Assembly: GCA_002382495.1 (NCBI GenBank)
Contig: DFXW01000041.1
Span: forward strand, 158,943 to 222,942
Source of the DNA: Flavobacterium sp. UBA4098
GTDB lineage: Bacteria; Bacteroidota; Bacteroidia; Flavobacteriales; Flavobacteriaceae
Direction of reading: 5' to 3'
Length of the DNA: 64,000 nucleotides
Made by a program: the position numbers and the translations under genes. Under the pieces are notes generated by a model. The model was given only the letters and a program-made list of their open reading frames with translations. It was not told the DNA's origin and ran no database searches. Shown one piece after another: positions 57,201 through 64,000 of the stretch; position 1 is the stretch's first letter, and every line of letters starts with the position of its first letter.

Positions 57201-58190
57201 ATGAGAATAGCAGTAGTAGGTGCTACCGGAATGGTAGGCGAAATAATGTTAAAAGTATTAGCGGAAAGAAATTTTCCAGTAACAGAATTAATTCCTGTAG
57301 CTTCTGAGAAATCAGTGGGTAAAGAAATAGAATTTGGAGGAAAAAAATACAAAGTGGTTGGCATGCAAACGGCTGTCGATATGAAAGCCGACATTGCTTT
57401 ATTTTCAGCAGGAGGTGGAACTTCATTGGAGTGGGCTCCAAAATTTGCGGCAGCTGGAACGACAGTAATCGATAATTCATCGGCTTGGAGAATGGATCCA
57501 ACTAAGAAATTAGTAGTGCCAGAAATCAACGCGGGCGAATTAACGGCAGCTGATAAAATTATAGCTAATCCGAACTGTTCTACCATTCAAATGGTATTGG
57601 CTTTGGCCCCTTTGCACAAAAAATACAACATCAAACGCATCATCGTTTCTACGTATCAATCCATTACAGGAACAGGAGTAAAAGCAGTACAACAGTTTGA
57701 AAACGAATGTGCTGGTGTCGAAGGAGACATGGTGTACAAATACAAAATCAACCGAAACTGTATTCCACAATGTGATAGTTTTGAAGACAATGGTTACACT
57801 AAAGAAGAGATGAAGTTAGTCAACGAAACGAAAAAAATCTTAAGTGACAACAGTATTGCGGTAACGGCAACTGCAGTTCGTGTGCCTGTTGTAGGAGGGC
57901 ATAGTGAAGCCTTGAATGTAGAGTTTAGCAATGATTTTGATGTGAATGATGTTCGTACTATTTTAAGTCAAACAGACGGAGTAGTAGTACAAGATAATTT
58001 AGATACGTTTACCTACCCAATGCCACGATATGCTGAAGGTAAAAATGAAGTTTTTGTAGGTAGAATTCGTCGTGACGAAAGCCAGCCGAATACCTTAAAC
58101 ATGTGGGTTGTAGCCGATAACTTGAGAAAAGGTGCAGCGACCAATACAATTCAAATTGCTGAATATTTAATTGCAGCTAAATTGGTGTAA
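57201..58190 (+). CDS. asd: Aspartate-semialdehyde dehydrogenase
   Basis: VVGATGMVG, IANPNCSTIQ and DNLRKGAA motifs; TACTTTTG box at 57157-57164. Confidence 0.96.
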   Translation: MRIAVVGATGMVGEIMLKVLAERNFPVTELIPVASEKSVGKEIEFGGKKYKVVGMQTAVDMKADIALFSAGGGTSLEWAPKFAAAGTTVIDNSSAWRMDPTKKLVVPEINAGELTAADKIIANPNCSTIQMVLALAPLHKKYNIKRIIVSTYQSITGTGVKAVQQFENECAGVEGDMVYKYKINRNCIPQCDSFEDNGYTKEEMKLVNETKKILSDNSIAVTATAVRVPVVGGHSEALNVEFSNDFDVNDVRTILSQTDGVVVQDNLDTFTYPMPRYAEGKNEVFVGRIRRDESQPNTLNMWVVADNLRKGAATNTIQIAEYLIAAKLV

Positions 58191-58284
58191 GTAGTTCAGT
58201 AACACCTAATGGAACCATTTACAATTGAGATTATTCTAAATTGTAAATGGTTTTTCTTTTTTGGTTTCCTTATATTTGTGGCCA

Positions 58285-58632
58285 ATGAAACTAAAACAAC
58301 TATTGATACGATTTTTCTTTGCGCTAGTCCTACTAGGATCACTAGCCCTACAATCGTTTCATGGATTGGAGCATCTTGAAAAACAATTTGCAGAAAAAGC
58401 ATGTGCTCACAAACAACTTAATTCTTCTGAATTAACCCACCAACACAAGGGTTTTGAGCAGTGTTTTGTTTGTGCTATTTCGTTTCAAAGCGGAATTGTA
58501 TTTGAACAGTTTCAGTTTCAAATAGCCACTACTCCAGAAGTTGTTGCGCCTTACTTTTTTAACTTTCCTAGGGTTATTTCCTTTTCTGGAAGTTCCTATT
58601 CGTTGCGCGGACCCCCGCATTATAATGTTTAA
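58285..58632 (+). CDS. His/Cys-rich leader ORF ending in RGPP (DUF2946/CruR-like)
   Basis: N-terminal TM, His cluster, CFVC, C-terminal LRGPP; TATATTTG box at 58271-58278; directly upstream of a TBDR. Confidence 0.75.
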   Translation: MKLKQLLIRFFFALVLLGSLALQSFHGLEHLEKQFAEKACAHKQLNSSELTHQHKGFEQCFVCAISFQSGIVFEQFQFQIATTPEVVAPYFFNFPRVISFSGSSYSLRGPPHYNV

Positions 58633-58691
58633 ATCGAATGATTCATCGGTTCTATAGTAGAACACGATTATTTTAACATTATATCAATATC

Positions 58692-60899
58692 ATGAAAAAA
58701 TTAATTTTTGCTTTGGTAGTAAGTTGTACTGCCTTGATGCAAGCACAAAATACAGTTTCAGGAAGGATTACTGACACTAATAACAATGCGCTTTCTGGCG
58801 TTTCTATCTATATCCAAGAACTACAAAAGGGAACCACTTCAAAAGCTGACGGAACCTATAATTTGTCGAATTTACCTAAGGGTACTGTTAGGATTTCCTT
58901 CGCTTTAGTGGGATTTGGAACACAGTATAAAACGGTTTCAGAGATTCAAAAACAAAACACTATAAACATTCAGTTGGCACCTTCCGTTTTTGAAATGGAT
59001 GAAGTTATTGTTTCCACTGCGTTTAACAAATTGCAATCGCAAAATGTGATGAAAGTCGCACACGAAACCATGAAAAATTTGTCTCGAAAAGGAACATCAA
59101 CCTTAATTGAAGGCTTAGCGACTATTCCTGGAGTTTCTCAGGTTTCTACAGGGGCTTCTATTGGAAAGCCAGTGATTCGTGGGTTGAGTGGTAATCGCGT
59201 ATTGGTGTATTCGCAAGGTGTTCGAGTTGAAAACCAACAATTTGGCGACGAACATGGTTTAGGATTGAACGATGCCGGATTAGAGAGTGTTGAGGTAATC
59301 AAAGGCCCCGCTTCTTTATTGTACGGATCAGATGCTTTGGGAGGGGTGTTGTATTTTAACCCAGAGAAATTTGCCAATGCCAATTCGTTTAAAGTCAATT
59401 TTAGTCAAAAATTGTTTGCTAATACTTTAGGGAGTAATTCTTCTTTGGGAGTAAAAACAAGTACCGATAATTGGAAATTCTTGGCAAGAGGAACAATGAA
59501 CACTCATTCGGATTATACTACAGCAGATGGCGAACGGGTGACCAATACACGCTACCAAGAAAAAGATTTTAAAACTGGAATTGGCTACAGTAATGCTTCT
59601 TTTTCTTCGGTATTGCGATACAACTTCAACGATCTTACTTTAGGAATTCCAGAAGAAGGGATCGCTGAGCAAAGTCAAAGCAAAAGTGTTTTGTATCCAA
59701 AACAAGCGGTTTCCAATCATTTAGTAAGTTTAAATTCGAGTCTCTTTTTTAATTCGTCAAAACTGGATTTGGACTTGGGTTTTATTTCAAATGACAGGTC
59801 TGAATTTGAAGACAGTGAAATAGCGGTTTTGAAAATGAAGTTAAATACCTTCAATTATAATGCGAAGTATTATTTACCTTCTTCAACAAAAATGCAAACC
59901 ATTTTGGGTGTTCAAGGGATGCATCAAACCAATGAAAATTCAGGGGAAGAGTACTTAATTCCAGATGCGGTTACCCAAGATTTTGGAGTCTTTGGAACCA
60001 CCTACTACGAATGGAACTCCAACGTGATCCAAGCCGGTTTGCGTTTTGATACCAGAAATTTGACTTCAGAAGCTAACGGGATTCTTGGTGAAGAAGGGTC
60101 TTTTGAAGCCTTGAAAAAATCCTACACAAGTTGGAACGCCTCTTTAGGTTATAAAACTAATTTGAATGACTCCTTCATTTTTAGATTCAATCTAGCGTCT
60201 GGATTTAGGGCGCCCAACTTAGCCGAATTGTCTTCCAATGGTGTTCATGAAGGAACCAATCGTTATGAAGTGGGGAATGCCAATTTGAAAACAGAACAAA
60301 ACTTTCAAACGGATTTGAATTTGGAATACAAAACAGATCACTTGGAGTTTTTTGTCAACGGATTCTATAATCACATTACTGATTTTATTTATATCAATCC
60401 TACCGGAGAATCAATTGATGACAATGAAGTTTTCAATTATGTTCAAAATAATGCAGCACTTTTTGGAGGTGAAATAGGCTTGCATTTTCACCCTCATCCG
60501 TTGGATTGGGTGCATTTAGAAACCAGTTTTGAAACAGTTACAGGCAAAAAACAAAACGGAGACTATTTACCGTTAATACCAGCCAATAATTGGAACAATA
60601 CCTTGCGCACTGAATGGAAGGATACGAATTGGTTAAAAGAAGGTTTCGCAACGATTAGTTTAGTGTCTACCTTTAACCAAAATAAAATCAGTGGCTTCGA
60701 AACCAGAACAGCAGGTTACAGCATTTTGAATTTAGGAATTGGTGGAACATTGCATCTTGGCAAAACCAAAATGGAGGTGAACCTTAATGGAAACAACATT
60801 ACCGATAAAAAATATACCGCCCATTTATCACGACTTAAAACAGATGGTATTTCCAATATGGGAAGAAATTGGGTTGTAGGTTTGAACTTCAATTTATAA
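58692..60899 (+). CDS. TonB-dependent receptor (probably metal uptake)
   Basis: CarboxypepD-like N-domain; plug PVIRG...EVIKGPASLLYGSDALGG; GFRAP; terminal NFNL; His motifs DEHG, GVHEG and HFHPHP. Confidence 0.9.
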   Translation: MKKLIFALVVSCTALMQAQNTVSGRITDTNNNALSGVSIYIQELQKGTTSKADGTYNLSNLPKGTVRISFALVGFGTQYKTVSEIQKQNTINIQLAPSVFEMDEVIVSTAFNKLQSQNVMKVAHETMKNLSRKGTSTLIEGLATIPGVSQVSTGASIGKPVIRGLSGNRVLVYSQGVRVENQQFGDEHGLGLNDAGLESVEVIKGPASLLYGSDALGGVLYFNPEKFANANSFKVNFSQKLFANTLGSNSSLGVKTSTDNWKFLARGTMNTHSDYTTADGERVTNTRYQEKDFKTGIGYSNASFSSVLRYNFNDLTLGIPEEGIAEQSQSKSVLYPKQAVSNHLVSLNSSLFFNSSKLDLDLGFISNDRSEFEDSEIAVLKMKLNTFNYNAKYYLPSSTKMQTILGVQGMHQTNENSGEEYLIPDAVTQDFGVFGTTYYEWNSNVIQAGLRFDTRNLTSEANGILGEEGSFEALKKSYTSWNASLGYKTNLNDSFIFRFNLASGFRAPNLAELSSNGVHEGTNRYEVGNANLKTEQNFQTDLNLEYKTDHLEFFVNGFYNHITDFIYINPTGESIDDNEVFNYVQNNAALFGGEIGLHFHPHPLDWVHLETSFETVTGKKQNGDYLPLIPANNWNNTLRTEWKDTNWLKEGFATISLVSTFNQNKISGFETRTAGYSILNLGIGGTLHLGKTKMEVNLNGNNITDKKYTAHLSRLKTDGISNMGRNWVVGLNFNL

Positions 60900-60904
60900 T
60901 TATC

Positions 60905-60938
60905 TAAGCTTCCAATCTTTCTTAAGGTTGGAAGCTTA
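60905..60938. terminator. Hairpin between convergent genes
   Basis: TAAGCTTCCAA/TTGGAAGCTTA inverted repeat between two stop codons. Confidence 0.7.
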
Positions 60939-60940
60939 AT

Positions 60941-62518
60941 TTATTCTTCCAGTAATAGTCTTGCTAATCGGTCGTCTCTTTGATACACATCATCATAGAA
61001 ATGAATGTTACCCTCTTTGGTTACCCAAGCTGTAAAATAGCCAATATACACCGGAATGGGTTGTGGTAATGCATACCATTTCTCTATTGTACTATTCATG
61101 GCTTTTTCAATTTTTTCATGGGTCCAATGCGGATCGTTTTTAAGAATGAGTTGTGCCAACTCTTTCGGTTTTTCAAGTCGGATACAACCGTGACTGAAAT
61201 CTCTTTTTTCTTGGTCAAACAAATTTTTAGAAGGGGTGTCGTGCAAGTAGATCGCATTGGAATTTGGGAATATAAATTTTACTTTGCCCAACGCGTTTTT
61301 AGGTCCTGGTTTTTGGCGAATGCCGCCTTTGTTCCATTCCATATTATGTAGCGATAGGTAATTGGAGTTTTTTTCAATAGCAGGAAGAATTTCTTTCTTT
61401 ACAATATTGGCGGGTACATTCCAATACGGACTAAACACAATGTATTTCATAGGGGCGCTAAATACCACCGTTTTGTGAACTGATTTTCCTACCACCACTT
61501 TGGATTCCAATAGTGGTTTTCCATTTTCAAAATAGCGCAATTGGTAGGAAGGAATATTGATAAAAACAAATCGTTTGTCTCGAGCTATTGGCGAAGCAAA
61601 CCAACGCCATCGTTCCATATTTACGATGATTGTCTTCATTCGGCTGGCAATTGAAATATTCAAATGAGAGAGCAATTGTTCCGAAAGGGTTGTTGTTGAA
61701 GTCAAGCCATTTCGGTTTACATACCGATCAATTCCTTCTGCTAAAGGGACGTCATAGACATTGCTTTTTGAATCAGAATCCAGGTCTCCCAAAAGATATA
61801 GCCGATTCCGAATGATTGCAATTTCGGGAATACTATCCCCAATTTTGATATCGGTTTTTTCTGGGTCAAGAACAATTGGGCTCCATTCTTTTTGTTCCAA
61901 AGCTCGGTATTTTTTCAGTTGTTCGCGCAGACGATAGTACTGACCTGAAATTTCTTTTTCGTCTTTGTTTATCAAAGAGGGGTTTACAAGAATGGAATCT
62001 AAATAGGTGATAACAGCTAGTTTTTTTCGGGGCAAATACCAGCCCAATTCAGTTCTTTTTTCCACAGGCAAGCCCCTAAATACTTTAGTGCTGTAATACA
62101 TATACATGCAAGAAATTAAAAGTTCAGATTCAGTATTTGGGGAGTATTCATCGGATTCTTCTTGAAAAATGGCGTCCAATTGTTTTTGATACGGCAGGGT
62201 CGTAGAGATACCTTCCAATGTCAAATGACTTGCTTTATTGTAAAGTAAATAGCCAATTTCTTTGACGCCTTTTGAATCAAACCAGATGAAATTATAATCT
62301 TGTTTTTGGTACAAAGTGACAACTTCTTTTTGATATTTTTGAAATGCGGGATGTTTTTTAAAAAAGGGTGCAATGGCTAAACTATCAAAAAATTGTGAGG
62401 ATTGAAGTTCATTTTTTGAAGTGACTTTGGTCCCCTCTTTTTTTATATTTTGACAAGAAATACTTAAATGCAAAAGACAAACAAACACAATAAGAACATA
62501 GCTGTTATTTTTTTTCAT
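60941..62518 (-). CDS. L,D-transpeptidase (YkuD/YcbB-like) lipoprotein
   Basis: Lipobox LSISC; NIPSY, PYWNVP and YLHDTP...SHGCIR motifs. Confidence 0.92.
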   Translation of the reverse strand: MKKNNSYVLIVFVCLLHLSISCQNIKKEGTKVTSKNELQSSQFFDSLAIAPFFKKHPAFQKYQKEVVTLYQKQDYNFIWFDSKGVKEIGYLLYNKASHLTLEGISTTLPYQKQLDAIFQEESDEYSPNTESELLISCMYMYYSTKVFRGLPVEKRTELGWYLPRKKLAVITYLDSILVNPSLINKDEKEISGQYYRLREQLKKYRALEQKEWSPIVLDPEKTDIKIGDSIPEIAIIRNRLYLLGDLDSDSKSNVYDVPLAEGIDRYVNRNGLTSTTTLSEQLLSHLNISIASRMKTIIVNMERWRWFASPIARDKRFVFINIPSYQLRYFENGKPLLESKVVVGKSVHKTVVFSAPMKYIVFSPYWNVPANIVKKEILPAIEKNSNYLSLHNMEWNKGGIRQKPGPKNALGKVKFIFPNSNAIYLHDTPSKNLFDQEKRDFSHGCIRLEKPKELAQLILKNDPHWTHEKIEKAMNSTIEKWYALPQPIPVYIGYFTAWVTKEGNIHFYDDVYQRDDRLARLLLEE

Positions 62519-62616
62519 AATTCGAAGTCTATTTCTATTAAATTTACAATAAATAAATAGGCTTGCTGGTAAAAAGCAAGTTTATATTGTCCAATAATCA
62601 CTAAATAAATAATAGT

Positions 62617-63123
62617 ATGAAAAAGATATGGAATATAACTTTTTGTTTGATTTTGATTTCATTCAGCGGTTTTGCTCAATCATCGAATGCAGAAAAAATA
62701 ATTAATGAAACTATAGATACTTGGCACAAAGCAGCTTCTGAAGCTAATTTCAAAACGTATTTTGAATTAATGACTGAGGACGCTGTATTTATTGGCACTG
62801 ATGCTAATGAATATTGGAATAAACAAGAATTTCAAAACTATGCTAAACCTCATTTTGATAAAGGAAAAGCTTGGTCTTTTACAGCTTTGGAACGACATGT
62901 CTATTTTGATGCTAGTGGAAACACTGCTTGGTTTGACGAGTTGTTGAATACGCAAATGAAAATTTGTAGGGGTTCGGGAGTCTTAGTTAAAGTAGGAAAA
63001 CAATGGAAAATCAAGCACTATGTATTGTCTATGACGATTCCAAATGATTCAAGCAAAGCAGTAATTGCAATCAAAGCGCCAATTGAGGAAGTGCTAATTC
63101 AAAATCGAAAGTCCAAAATGTAG
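62617..63123 (+). CDS. NTF2/SnoaL-like secreted protein
   Basis: Signal peptide; WHKAA, FIGTD..EYW, AWFDE and WKIKHY motifs. Confidence 0.8.
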   Translation: MKKIWNITFCLILISFSGFAQSSNAEKIINETIDTWHKAASEANFKTYFELMTEDAVFIGTDANEYWNKQEFQNYAKPHFDKGKAWSFTALERHVYFDASGNTAWFDELLNTQMKICRGSGVLVKVGKQWKIKHYVLSMTIPNDSSKAVIAIKAPIEEVLIQNRKSKM

Positions 63124-63214
63124 AGCTACTTGGGTTTATTTTATTCTAGATATTTCAAGCTAGCCTACTTTTGTCGTATATATTTCCTTAATTTTGCTGA
63201 AAATTTTAAAGAAA

Positions 63215-63889
63215 GTGGGAAGCAAAAATAAATTAAAGAGGTTCAAAGAAAACGAAACGTTCACAAATGTTTTTCAACCAACACGAGAAGAGGTAGTAGG
63301 TAATTTATTCCCATTGAGAGGAAAATGGAATGCTGATTTTTTTAAAAATGACAATCCAATTGTGTTAGAATTGGGCTGTGGTAAAGGAGAATATTCTGTA
63401 GGTTTAGCGGAACGATATCCGAATAAAAATTTTATTGGAATTGATATTAAAGGAGCTCGTTTTTGGCGTGGTGCCAAAACTGCTGTAGAAACAGGCATGC
63501 ATAATGTGGCTTTCGTTCGTACTCAAATTGAATTAATCAATCATATTTTTGCTGAAAATGAAGTAGATGAAATCTGGATCACATTTCCCGATCCGCAAAT
63601 TAAATACAAGCGTACGAAGCATCGTATGACCAATTCCCAATTTTTGCAATTGTATAAAAAAATATTGAAGAAAGAAGGTGTCATGAACTTGAAAACAGAT
63701 AGCGAATTCATGCACGGCTATACCTTAGGACTCTTGCATGGAGAAGGACACGAAGTAGTCTATTCCAATCATAATGTATATAGAAATGAAGGAAGTCCGG
63801 AAGAGGTCACTGCATTTCAAACTTTTTATGAAAAACAATATTTAGAAATAAACAAAGCAATTACGTATATTAGATTTAAAATTAAATAG
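63215..63889 (+). CDS. trmB: tRNA (guanine-N7)-methyltransferase
   Basis: LELGCGKG, FPDP and LKTD motifs; GTG start (MGSKNK) preferred because the TTG at 63194 lies inside the TAATTTTG promoter box. Confidence 0.93.
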   Translation: MGSKNKLKRFKENETFTNVFQPTREEVVGNLFPLRGKWNADFFKNDNPIVLELGCGKGEYSVGLAERYPNKNFIGIDIKGARFWRGAKTAVETGMHNVAFVRTQIELINHIFAENEVDEIWITFPDPQIKYKRTKHRMTNSQFLQLYKKILKKEGVMNLKTDSEFMHGYTLGLLHGEGHEVVYSNHNVYRNEGSPEEVTAFQTFYEKQYLEINKAITYIRFKIK

Positions 63890-63951
63890 TGTCGTTTCGG
63901 TTTCAGTAATTGAAGTAAAAGCAACACATTGGTACTGAAACAAAGCACTAT

Positions 63952-64000
63952 ATGACTACAATTTCCACATTATTTTTTGGGTTTATCAGTGCCGTTATAG
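63952..64000 (+). CDS. 5' fragment of a membrane protein (possibly LysE family), cut by the window edge
   Basis: MTTISTLFFGFISAVI..., hydrophobic start only. Confidence 0.35.
   Translation, partial: MTTISTLFFGFISAVI

Overview
AT-rich Bacteroidota chromosome segment, most likely Flavobacterium: many TAnnTTTG promoter boxes, Gln after the signal peptides, a T9SS C-terminal domain and a MurF-Alr fusion. Housekeeping content: complete nuoA-N operon (short NuoG), cold-shock protein, aspS, a TetR-TolC-MFP-RND efflux operon interrupted by a four-helix-bundle gene, polyprenyl synthase, PhoD, sucAB, MFS, TatD, acyltransferase, asparaginase and tRNA-Ser(GGA). At the right end: alr, mscL, asd, an RGPP-ending leader ORF plus a TonB-dependent receptor, an L,D-transpeptidase and trmB. 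The main feature is a ~19.3 kb, 11-gene, closely spaced + strand locus right after tRNA-Ser (34704-54002) in which every protein has a Sec-type signal peptide. It encodes one small T9SS-CTD protein, a small beta-barrel, a 2711-aa fibre made of phage-tail-fibre-like and YadA-like modules, and four tandem gene pairs. Each pair is a 'QTGIGTTTP' carrier followed by a lectin-like tip (PA14, fibrinogen-like, LamG, F5/8 or Gly-rich), and one carrier has a peptidase S74 chaperone. I infer a modular, cell-exported surface fibre/adhesin system built from phage-type parts. Domain calls come from motif recognition only; no searches were run.
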